From an uncultured Atopobiaceae bacterium (GTDB lineage Bacteria; Actinomycetota; Coriobacteriia; Coriobacteriales; Atopobiaceae), in the NCBI GenBank assembly GCA_905235165.1, contig CAJOKK010000002.1, positions 13,100 through 46,795 on the forward strand: a stretch of 33,696 nt of DNA. The letters are read 5' to 3'. Both the position numbers and the translations under genes were made by a program. Positions 17,272 to 24,504 of this stretch are shown piece after piece. Below the pieces are notes generated by a model that did no database searches, was not told where the DNA came from, and worked only from the letters and a program-made list of their open reading frames with translations. Position 1 is the first letter of the stretch, and every line of letters starts with the position of its first letter.

Positions 17272-17769
17272 TCAGTCCTCCCAAAGGTAGACGTTGTCAA
17301 GGTAATGCAGGCGCGCAAGGTTCTCAGAGACGATCGAGACGGCAATCACGTCAAAGCGCGCCGAGAAGCAGCCGGGATGCTCACAGATGTAGAGCAAGGC
17401 CATGTTGCGATAGCGGCTCATCTTGGTTGGGGTAACGGCGATCTCGGGATAGATGGTGCGCTTCTCGCCCAAGTTGAGACGGGTCTTCACCTCCACCAGC
17501 ACAATGCTGTCGCCGTCACAAGCGATGATGTCCGCCTCACCGAACTTGCAGGACCAGTTGCGCTCAAGCAGCTCAAGGCCGTGCTTCTCGCACCAACGCG
17601 CCGCAATCATCTCGCCCTGCATGCCCACCTCGTGCGGGCTCAGCTCGCCCACCGGCTTTTTGCAGGACAGGCGCGGATAGCGCTCGACCTCCTCCGTCTT
17701 GACGCGCGCCTCGCAGGCCACCCGCGCACTCAGGGTAAAGTCATCAAGAAAAACCTTGCCAGCAGACAT
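17272..17769 (-). CDS. yraN: YraN family (UPF0102) endonuclease-like protein
   Basis: Contains GEMIAARWCEKHGLELLERNWSCKFGEADIIA...LVEVKTR. A gggagg SD sits 4 nt before the ATG at 17769. It carries a roughly 45-aa N-terminal extension relative to typical 115-130 aa members. Confidence 0.85.
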   Translation of the reverse strand: MSAGKVFLDDFTLSARVACEARVKTEEVERYPRLSCKKPVGELSPHEVGMQGEMIAARWCEKHGLELLERNWSCKFGEADIIACDGDSIVLVEVKTRLNLGEKRTIYPEIAVTPTKMSRYRNMALLYICEHPGCFSARFDVIAVSIVSENLARLHYLDNVYLWED

Positions 17770-17940
17770 ACCGCCTCCCGTCGTCGCGATGAATCGGAAG
17801 ACCTAGTGTGACAAGGCAAGCTGGCAGCAAGCTTGCATGGAGCTGACAGGATGCTGGCAGCAAGCTGCAATCGGAACAAAAACCGTCACGGAGCCGCTGA
17901 TAGCGAGCTCGTGATGTGTCTGGCCCCATTGAAAGGCGAT

Positions 17941-18732
17941 TTAGAAGAGACTGGGAGTCTCCAGAAAGTTGCCACAAAAGGACACGCGATGGATGGGCGA
18001 AAGGCCCTTCTCGCGAATGGCCGCAATGTGCTCGGCCGAGCCATAGCCCTTGCAGGCGGCAAGGTGATAGCCGGGATACTCCGTGTCGTAGGCCACCATG
18101 AGCTCGTCTCGCGTGACCTTGGCCACGATGGAGGCGGCCGCGATGCAGGCGATATGCGCGTCTCCCTTTACGACGGTCTGCTCCTTGGGATGGACGTGAA
18201 CCGGGTTGCCATCGATAAGAACGGCATCGGGCTCAATGCCACATTCGGCAATCGCCTGCGTCATGGCCATGCGAAGGGCGTTGGCCATACCCACGGCGTC
18301 GATGGAAGCCGGCTCAATATGCGCGATGCCAATGGCCACGGCAACCTCGGCGATTTGGGCAGCCAAGGTCTCGCGACGGGCAGGCGTAAGCTGCTTGGAG
18401 TCGTTGATGCCCCACACGATGGGCTCTGCCGGCAAGACGACGGCCCCAACGGTCAGGGGGCCGGCAATGGCTCCGCGACCCACCTCATCGACGCCGATGG
18501 CAAGGCCCCCTTGGGCGAGCTCTTGCTGGAGGCGATACATCTCGAGCACGCGATCGCGCTCCCCCAGCTCGCGCTCCGCGCGGCGCTGCGCCGTCTGGAT
18601 GGCCTTCTGTACCTGCTTGCGCGGGTCGTCTTGGTAACGCTCCACCAAAGCCGCGACCTCGTCGGCAGGAGCCGTGGCAAGAAGGGCCGCGACCTCACGG
18701 GCACTTGCGGCAACAACTCGTTTCTCTGCCAT
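17941..18732 (-). CDS. rnhB: Ribonuclease HII
   Basis: Trimmed to the ATG at 18730-18732 with a gaggagg SD. Motifs GVDEVGRGAIAGPL and NDSKQL are present. Confidence 0.93.
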   Translation of the reverse strand: MAEKRVVAASAREVAALLATAPADEVAALVERYQDDPRKQVQKAIQTAQRRAERELGERDRVLEMYRLQQELAQGGLAIGVDEVGRGAIAGPLTVGAVVLPAEPIVWGINDSKQLTPARRETLAAQIAEVAVAIGIAHIEPASIDAVGMANALRMAMTQAIAECGIEPDAVLIDGNPVHVHPKEQTVVKGDAHIACIAAASIVAKVTRDELMVAYDTEYPGYHLAACKGYGSAEHIAAIREKGLSPIHRVSFCGNFLETPSLF

Positions 18733-18915
18733 GGCATTTCCTCCTCGACACACGCGATGGGCGCGGCGCGCTTGCAAACAACGCTATCAAGGATATAGAA
18801 AAGGAGGGCTTCTGCACAATGTGAGGTCGCCAAGGCCTCGCCATGCACGTTATCTTGGGGCAAATCTGGGTTTTGGGGCAATTTTGCACCCCAACTGCAC
18901 CTCGGACGCTTCTTT

Positions 18916-19081
18916 CGTACCACGTTTTGACGGTTATGCGAACCTCTTTGTTCCCATGGGGGCATTTCGCGCAGTGTTGCAATTCTTGATATTTCATTTA
19001 CCTGCGCTTTTGCTTATATAAATAGTGCAACTAAGTACATTAGGAAAAGCAAGGTTCACATAACCGTAAAAACGTGGTATG
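18916..19081. repeat. 29-bp imperfect inverted repeats flanking a 108-bp AT-rich core
   Basis: cgtaccacgttttgacggttatgcgaacc (18916-18944) pairs with ggttcacataaccgtaaaaacgtggtatg (19053-19081). That gives 26 Watson-Crick pairs, 1 G-T and 2 mismatches. The core is visibly AT-rich against a GC-rich background. Confidence 0.85.
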
Positions 19082-19180
19082 AAACGCATCGCGCACGCAT
19101 AGCTGAGCGTCAAAGTGGGTCCCACGGGGCTTTGTCGCCATCGGATTACGACTCCAAGCTTGCACAGCACCCATACATAA

Positions 19181-19210
19181 CAAAAAATCGCCCCGGGAAT
19201 CCGGGGCGGT
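19181..19210 (-). terminator. Intrinsic terminator of rplS
   Basis: The minus strand reads ccgccccgg-attc-ccggggcg followed by atttttt. It lies about 20 nt after the rplS stop. Confidence 0.8.
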
Positions 19211-19230
19211 TTCTGTGCGTGTGTCTCGCC

Positions 19231-19572
19231 TTAGCGCTTCTCGCGGATGCGAGCGGCCTTGCCGATACGATCGCGCAGGTAGTAGAGCTTTGCACGACGG
19301 ACGTCACCGTGACGGACGACCTCGAGCTTCGCGATCTTGGGGCTGTGAAGGGGGAACGTACGCTCGACACCGATACCGAAGCTGATCTTGCGGACGGTAA
19401 AGGTCTCGCGTGCGCCGGCACCGCTCATGCGGATGACGTCGCCCTGGAAGACCTGCTCACGCTCACGCTCGCCTTCCTTAATGCGGTAGTACACCTTCAC
19501 GTTGTCGCCGACGAGAACCGTGGGGATGTCCTCACGGATCTGCTGACGCTCAATAGCGCGAATGTAATCCAT
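19231..19572 (-). CDS. rplS: 50S ribosomal protein L19
   Basis: Trimmed to the ATG at 19570-19572. Sequence is [47 protein letters not shown].... Confidence 0.95.
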   Translation of the reverse strand: MDYIRAIERQQIREDIPTVLVGDNVKVYYRIKEGEREREQVFQGDVIRMSGAGARETFTVRKISFGIGVERTFPLHSPKIAKLEVVRHGDVRRAKLYYLRDRIGKAARIREKR

Positions 19573-19642
19573 GCTCGTACCTCGTTCTTCTCTAGAGGTG
19601 CCGCCATACGTGAGCGACACATAGGTTTACACACAGCAGCTT

Positions 19643-19671
19643 AGTATAGGGAAGCGAGTCGAATCAGACAA
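19643..19671 (-). promoter_or_regulatory. Candidate sigma-70-type promoter of rplS
   Basis: The minus strand reads TTGTCT, a 17-nt spacer, then TATACT. This gives a leader of about 65 nt. Confidence 0.5.
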
Positions 19672-19704
19672 GCTCCCTCCAGGAAAAATCGACGTATCCT
19701 CCAC

Positions 19705-20748
19705 TTACGTGAGGGCCCAACCTCGAGGAACGTTAATAGACTCGTAGATACGGATGGCATATCGGTCGGTCATGCTCGACAGATAGTCTGCCACCTGGAC
19801 ATCGGGCGGGTCGTCATGAATCCGGTATTCCTCGGGAACCTCATCAAGGTGGGTCACGAAGTACCTAAAGAGGCTCGTGACCAGGTGTTCTGCCTTGGGT
19901 TCCTCAAGCTTGGCGTCACCCGCCTCATAGAGGTTCTCGAAGAGCATGGAACGCAGGTTCATGGTGGCCCGCCAGACCTCGTCCGACATGGCTATGTCAC
20001 CTTCTGCCATGCTCGTTGCAACCATGTCGTGCACCATGGTCTCGATGCGGGCCGAAGAAGACTCCCCCAGCACACGACGCGACTCCTCGGGCAGGTCCTC
20101 CTCGCGAAGCAGGCCCGCGCGCTCGGCGTCGTCGATGTCATGGGCTATGTAGGCAATTCGGTCGGCACGCGCCACGATGCGCCCCTCTGGAGTCGTGGCA
20201 GCAAGGCTTCCCGTGTGGCAGCAAATGCCGTCAAGCACCTCAAAGGTCAGGTTGAGGCCACGGCCGTCCTTCTCCAAGACACGCGCGATGCGCACGCTCT
20301 GCTCGTTATGGCGAAAGAGGCTCTTGCCCTCCTTGCTGGAGGGGTCGATCGCGCGATACTCAGCCCGCGCGCGGCAAAGGGCTCGCTCCCCCGCATGACC
20401 AAAGGGGGTGTGGCCAAGGTCATGCCCCAAGGCGATGGCCTCGGTGAGGTCGACGTTGAGCCCGAGGGCCCGTGCGATAGAGCAGGAAACCTGCGCCACC
20501 TCGAGCGTGTGGGTCAGGCGGGTACGGAAGTGGTCGCCTTCGGGGGCGAGAAAGACCTGCGTCTTGTTGGCAAGCCGACGGAAGCTCTTGGAATGGAGGA
20601 TGCGGTCGCGGTCGCGTTGGAAGCAGGTACGCAGCGGGTCTTCCTCCTCGGGATGCTCTCGCCCGCGCGAGGAGTCGGAGAACGTCGCCTCAGGTGAGAA
20701 GATCTCATGCTCTCGCCGTTCGATGTCTTGCCGCTCGATGAGCTGCAT
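19705..20748 (-). CDS. dgt: dGTP triphosphohydrolase-like HD-domain protein
   Basis: Contains FQRDRDRILHSKSFRRL, RLTHTLEVAQV and LGHDLGHTPFGHAGE. These are characteristic of the Dgt-like HD phosphohydrolase family. Confidence 0.88.
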   Translation of the reverse strand: MQLIERQDIERREHEIFSPEATFSDSSRGREHPEEEDPLRTCFQRDRDRILHSKSFRRLANKTQVFLAPEGDHFRTRLTHTLEVAQVSCSIARALGLNVDLTEAIALGHDLGHTPFGHAGERALCRARAEYRAIDPSSKEGKSLFRHNEQSVRIARVLEKDGRGLNLTFEVLDGICCHTGSLAATTPEGRIVARADRIAYIAHDIDDAERAGLLREEDLPEESRRVLGESSSARIETMVHDMVATSMAEGDIAMSDEVWRATMNLRSMLFENLYEAGDAKLEEPKAEHLVTSLFRYFVTHLDEVPEEYRIHDDPPDVQVADYLSSMTDRYAIRIYESINVPRGWALT

Positions 20749-20882
20749 GTCCTCCCCCTAGCAGTAAGAGAGCTGTCGTGCTGCCATTGTAGGGCAGTCC
20801 TAGGGCAGAAGCAGCAAAAAGCAGGTGAGAGGCCCGTCAACCGGCTTGTCAGGAGATGGGCGTCGCTCTAGGACCGAGGGTG

Positions 20883-21007
20883 CCCTCTACCAAACAGTGA
20901 CATTTCCGGGCTGTTTTTGTCACAAAATGGCTGAGGGGGCCGAGGGGCGGGCCAGTGCATCCCTACCAAACAGTGTCATTTCAGGGCTGGTTTTGTCACA
21001 AAATGGC
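20883..21007. repeat. Two tandem direct repeats (49 and 47 nt, period 78 nt)
   Basis: ccct(ct)accaaacagtg[a/t]catttc[c/a]gggctg[t/g]ttttgtcacaaaatggc occurs at 20883-20931 and 20961-21007. The copies match at 44 of 47 positions plus a 2-nt indel. Confidence 0.85.
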
Positions 21008-21025
21008 GGAAAACCCGTTCCCATC

Positions 21026-21055
21026 AAAAAAGGGAGGGACCCGTAGGTCCCTCCC
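21026..21055 (-). terminator. Intrinsic terminator of ppdK
   Basis: The minus strand reads gggagggacc-tacg-ggtccctccc followed by tttttt. It lies 30 nt after the ppdK stop. Confidence 0.85.
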
Positions 21056-21084
21056 CTAGCTAACAAGAGCTTGTGCTCGCAAAC

Positions 21085-23919
21085 TTAGGCGCGCGGAGCG
21101 ATCGTCTCGGCGCCACCGTTGGAGTTGAGCTTGGCCTGAGCAGCCGCAAGGCGTGCGATGGGCACACGGAAGGGCGAGCAGGACACGTAGTCCAGGCCGA
21201 GGTCATAGTACTTCTGGATGGAGTCGGGATCGCCACCCGTCTCGCCGCAGACACCGCAGGTGAGGTTCGGGTTCGTGGCCTTGCCACCCTCGACGCCCAT
21301 CTGGACCAGGCGGGCAACGCCACGGTCGAGCGTCGCAAACGGGTTGGTCTTGATGAGCTTCTCGTTCATGTAGGTGTCCAGGAAGGAGGACTCAACGTCG
21401 TCACGCGAGAAGCCGAGGCAGGTCTGCGTCAGGTCGTTGGTGCCGAAGGAGTAGAAGTCGGCGTACTTGGCGATGTGGTCGGCGGTGATGGCAGCGCGCG
21501 GCAGCTCGATCATGGTGCCGATGGGGATGTCGAGCTTGACGCCGTAGGCCTCCTCGACCTCAGCGATGTCAGCCTCGCACATGTGACGCAGGTGCTTGAG
21601 CTCCTCGGAGAAGGCAACCAGCGGGATCATGATCTCGGGCTTGGCGTCAATGCCCTCCTTGATGAGCTCGGCAGCAGCGCTGGCGATGGCCTTGAACTGC
21701 ATGTGGTTGAGCTCGGGATAGAGGAAGCCGAGGCGGCAGCCACGGGTGCCGAGCATGGGGTTGGCCTCCTGGAAGGAGTCGAGCTGCTTGAGGAGGGCCT
21801 GGTTGGCGTCGAGGGAACGCTGCAGGTCAACGTTCATCTTGGCGAAGGCGTCGTCGTAGGCGGCAGCGGCGCCGAGGGCCTTGCTGGCGGCCTCGATCTT
21901 CGCGATCTCGACCTCGAGCTCACGCGGGTCGTCGAGGAACTCGTGCAGCGGCGGATCGAGCAGGCGCACGATCACCGGCATGCCCTCCATGGCCTTGAAC
22001 ATGCCAAGGAAGTCGCCCTTCTGGGCCTCGCCGAGCTTCTCGAGGGCCTCGGCCTTGACCTGGGGATCGTCAGCCAGGATGAAGTTCTGGATGAGGTACT
22101 TGCGCTCACCGAGGAACATGTGCTCGGTACGGCAGAGGCCGATGCCCACGGCGCCGTTCTCGCGGGAGAGCTGAGCGTCCTCGGGGTTGTCGGCGTTGGC
22201 GCGCACGCCCATGATGCGGCCGCGCTCCTCGTTGAAGCGGATCTCGTCGGCCCAGTCGAGGATGGTCTGCAGGTCGCCACCGAGCTCAGGACGGATGAGC
22301 TTGGCCTCGCCCAGATAGACATTGCCGGAGGTACCGTCGATGGAGATGACGTCACCCTCGTGCAGGACGATGTCGGTGCCGGCGATGATGCACTGCTTGT
22401 TGAGAGCATCGATCTGCAGGGCCTCGGCGCCGCAGACGCAGGGCTCACCCATGCCACGGGCGATAACGGCCGCGTGGGAGGTCTTGCCACCGTGCGAGGT
22501 CAGGATGCCCTCAGCAGCGTCCATGCCGGGCAGGTCGTCCGGGGTGGTCTCCCAGCGGACGAGGATGCAGGGCTTGCCCTCGGCGGCGTACTCGACGGCG
22601 TCGTCAGAGGAGAAGACCACGGCGCCCACGGCAGCACCGGGGGAAGCGTTCAGGCCCTTGGCCAGGACCTCGCGACCCTTGATGTCAGCCGCGTCGAACT
22701 GCGGGTGCAGGAGCTGGTCGAGCTGCTCGGGAGCAACACGCATGACAGCCTGCTCCTTGGTGATGCGGCCCTCCTCGTACATCTGGATAGCGACGCGCAG
22801 GGCGGAAAGCGCGGTACGCTTGCCGACGCGGGTCTGCAGCATGTAGAGCTTGCCCTGCTCGATGGTGAACTCGAGGTCCATCATGTCGGCGTAGTGATCC
22901 TCAAGGATCTCGAAGACGTGGAAGAGCTCCTCGCCAGCCTTCTCCAGGCCGGGGACCTTGGGCAGGTCGGCGATGGGCTCGGTGTTACGGATGCCGGCCA
23001 CGACGTCCTCGCCCTGGGCGTTGACCAGGAAGTCGCCGTAGCGCTCGTTGGTGCCGTCAGCCGGGTTACGGGTGAAGGCAACGCCGGTAGCGGAGGTGTT
23101 GCCCTTGTTGCCGAAGGCCATGGCCTGAACGTTGACCGCGGTGCCAAGGGAATCGTCGATCTTGTTCTGCTTGCGGTAAAGGATGGCGCGCTCGGTGTTC
23201 CAGGAGCCGAAGACGGCCTGCTCAGCGAGGCGGAGCTGCAGGATGGGGTCGTGCGGGAAGACGGCCTTGCCGTTAACCTCGACCTCGGGGTAAGCAGCGA
23301 TGTCGACGTTGTCGGAGAAGATCTGCTTGAAGGTCTCAACGAGGTCCTTCAGATCGTCGGCGTCGAGGTCGGTGTCGAGCTTGACGCCCTTCTCGGCCTT
23401 CTTGGCGAGAATGGCGTCCTCGAAGAGCTGGCCGGAGACGCCCATGACGACGCTGGAGAACATCTGGACGAAACGACGATAGGAGTCGTAGGCAAAGCGG
23501 GGGTTCTCGGTCTGCTTGATGAGGCCCTGAACGGACTCGTCGTTGAGGCCGAGGTTAAGAACGGTGTCCATCATGCCGGGCATGGAGAAGGGAGCGCCGG
23601 AACGGACGGAAACCAGCAGAGGATCGTTGGGGTCGCCGAGCTTCTTGCCCATGCGCTCCTCGAGGTCCTTGCGGTACTCGTCGATCTCGTCGAGAACGCC
23701 CTCAGGCCAAACATTGCCGGCATTGGAATAGGCAACGCAGGTCTGGCAGGTGATGGTGAATCCCGAAGGCACAGGCAGGCCCAAGGCAGCCATCTCGGCA
23801 AGGTTGGCACCCTTGCCACCGGTAATCCACTTGGCCTCGTCGACGGTAGAGCCGGCAACCTCACTCACGTTGTTGCCCTCTGCGTCGAAGCCGAAGCGAT
23901 ACACATGCTTTTCAGCCAT
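21085..23919 (-). CDS. ppdK: Pyruvate, phosphate dikinase
   Basis: 944 aa from the ATG at 23917-23919, with ggag 7 nt upstream. Has an N-terminal ATP-grasp region, the phospho-carrier GGKTSHAAVIARGMG (with a regulatory Thr before the His) and a C-terminal PEP/pyruvate domain containing CGVCGE. Confidence 0.96.
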   Translation of the reverse strand: MAEKHVYRFGFDAEGNNVSEVAGSTVDEAKWITGGKGANLAEMAALGLPVPSGFTITCQTCVAYSNAGNVWPEGVLDEIDEYRKDLEERMGKKLGDPNDPLLVSVRSGAPFSMPGMMDTVLNLGLNDESVQGLIKQTENPRFAYDSYRRFVQMFSSVVMGVSGQLFEDAILAKKAEKGVKLDTDLDADDLKDLVETFKQIFSDNVDIAAYPEVEVNGKAVFPHDPILQLRLAEQAVFGSWNTERAILYRKQNKIDDSLGTAVNVQAMAFGNKGNTSATGVAFTRNPADGTNERYGDFLVNAQGEDVVAGIRNTEPIADLPKVPGLEKAGEELFHVFEILEDHYADMMDLEFTIEQGKLYMLQTRVGKRTALSALRVAIQMYEEGRITKEQAVMRVAPEQLDQLLHPQFDAADIKGREVLAKGLNASPGAAVGAVVFSSDDAVEYAAEGKPCILVRWETTPDDLPGMDAAEGILTSHGGKTSHAAVIARGMGEPCVCGAEALQIDALNKQCIIAGTDIVLHEGDVISIDGTSGNVYLGEAKLIRPELGGDLQTILDWADEIRFNEERGRIMGVRANADNPEDAQLSRENGAVGIGLCRTEHMFLGERKYLIQNFILADDPQVKAEALEKLGEAQKGDFLGMFKAMEGMPVIVRLLDPPLHEFLDDPRELEVEIAKIEAASKALGAAAAYDDAFAKMNVDLQRSLDANQALLKQLDSFQEANPMLGTRGCRLGFLYPELNHMQFKAIASAAAELIKEGIDAKPEIMIPLVAFSEELKHLRHMCEADIAEVEEAYGVKLDIPIGTMIELPRAAITADHIAKYADFYSFGTNDLTQTCLGFSRDDVESSFLDTYMNEKLIKTNPFATLDRGVARLVQMGVEGGKATNPNLTCGVCGETGGDPDSIQKYYDLGLDYVSCSPFRVPIARLAAAQAKLNSNGGAETIAPRA

Positions 23920-23939
23920 ACTCACACTCCGTTCTGCTC

Positions 23940-24021
23940 AATGGCGGAATTACCATCCGCCATTAGACCGAAGGAACACCTGCAGCGGTAATTCCGTTGC
24001 AGGTGTTCTCATTACCGTGAG
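23940..24021 (-). promoter_or_regulatory. Structured ppdK 5' leader with competing complementary segments
   Basis: There is a 9-bp stem aatggcgga/tccgccatt (23940-23964) and an 11-bp stem gaacacctgca/tgcaggtgttc (23974-24008). The loop of the second stem is complementary to 10 nt of the first hairpin and to 7 nt at 24011-24017. Confidence 0.5.
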
Positions 24022-24054
24022 ATATGGTAGCAGAGAAATAGCAGAGAAAGAACG

Positions 24055-24462
24055 CTAAATCTCCTCAATTTGAACCTTTGTGCGCCTTCCCGCCTGAGAA
24101 ATCGGCTCAGCCCCAGTTAAAGTCGAGATAATGCGCATAGAAGGACCGAGCAAATCGATCGAAGGAATGCCGCGAGAATCGAGCTCGTTACGAATCTCAT
24201 GGCGCAGGTTGTTGTCGACGATGGTGTGGAAGACGGCAAGGCGCGCCCAACCGTCATCATGCTTGTCGAGATACTCCCTGACCATGTCGGCAGAACGGAC
24301 GTTGCCGATCTTGCGGATAATAACCAAGCCCTCTTCGAACTGTGCGGCTTCAACAACGTCGGCGGCAGTCTTGCCACGTGCGTCAGAGAGAACGACCACG
24401 ATGGGGGTTTCCTCAACAACGAGGTCCTCAACGACGGGCTCGTTTGTGTTCTGATCTGTCAT
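24055..24462 (-). CDS. Stand-alone N-terminal domain of the pyruvate phosphate dikinase regulatory protein (PDRP/DUF299-like), lacking the P-loop half
   Basis: 135 aa from the ATG at 24460-24462, with ggaggag 5 nt upstream. Contains IVVVLSDARGKTAADVV...FHTIVDNNLRHEI...RGIPSIDLLGP, matching the first half of roughly 270-aa PDRPs. The ORF ends at the interdomain linker. Only about 135 nt remain before ppdK. Confidence 0.6.
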   Translation of the reverse strand: MTDQNTNEPVVEDLVVEETPIVVVLSDARGKTAADVVEAAQFEEGLVIIRKIGNVRSADMVREYLDKHDDGWARLAVFHTIVDNNLRHEIRNELDSRGIPSIDLLGPSMRIISTLTGAEPISQAGRRTKVQIEEI

Positions 24463-24504
24463 GAGCACTCCTCCAATGCGTTCGGTTACAGGCTAAGCAT
24501 AACG

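Noticed and set aside
18695-18997. A 100-aa minus-strand ORF starting in the AT-rich core (MKYQELQHCAKCPHGNK...) with CxxC-like spacing.
   Set aside because: It has no SD. It runs out of frame into the rnhB start region, its C-terminal half is Arg/Pro/Ser-rich junk, and its composition changes abruptly. A short peptide from its first roughly 20 codons cannot be excluded but is unsupported.
20883-21007. A possible mini-CRISPR array.
   Set aside because: There are only two repeat units, 47-49 nt long with a roughly 30-nt spacer. There are no cas genes and no leader. The imperfect copies are not CRISPR-like.
20825-21046. A 73-aa plus-strand ORF spanning the tandem repeats.
   Set aside because: The 2-nt indel between the units puts the two copies in different reading frames, so the repeat is not conserved at the protein level. 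There is also no SD.
21073-23991. Very long ORFs antisense to recognised genes. Examples are 972 aa opposite ppdK, 850 aa at 24199..26751 opposite glyS, 799 aa at 26159..28558, 558 aa at 13434..15110, and 468 aa at 44..1450.
   Set aside because: Their translations are monotonous Gly/Ala/Val/Asp/Leu/Arg-rich strings with no recognisable motifs. The opposite strand encodes textbook conserved proteins. Stop-codon-poor antisense frames are expected in GC-rich DNA.
24055-24462. The truncated PDRP as a simple frameshift pseudogene.
   Set aside because: This is not adopted as the primary call, because the roughly 135 nt downstream hold no P-loop-domain remnant in any frame and the ORF keeps a strong SD and an intact N-domain. 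Decay by clean deletion remains possible and is listed in the finding.
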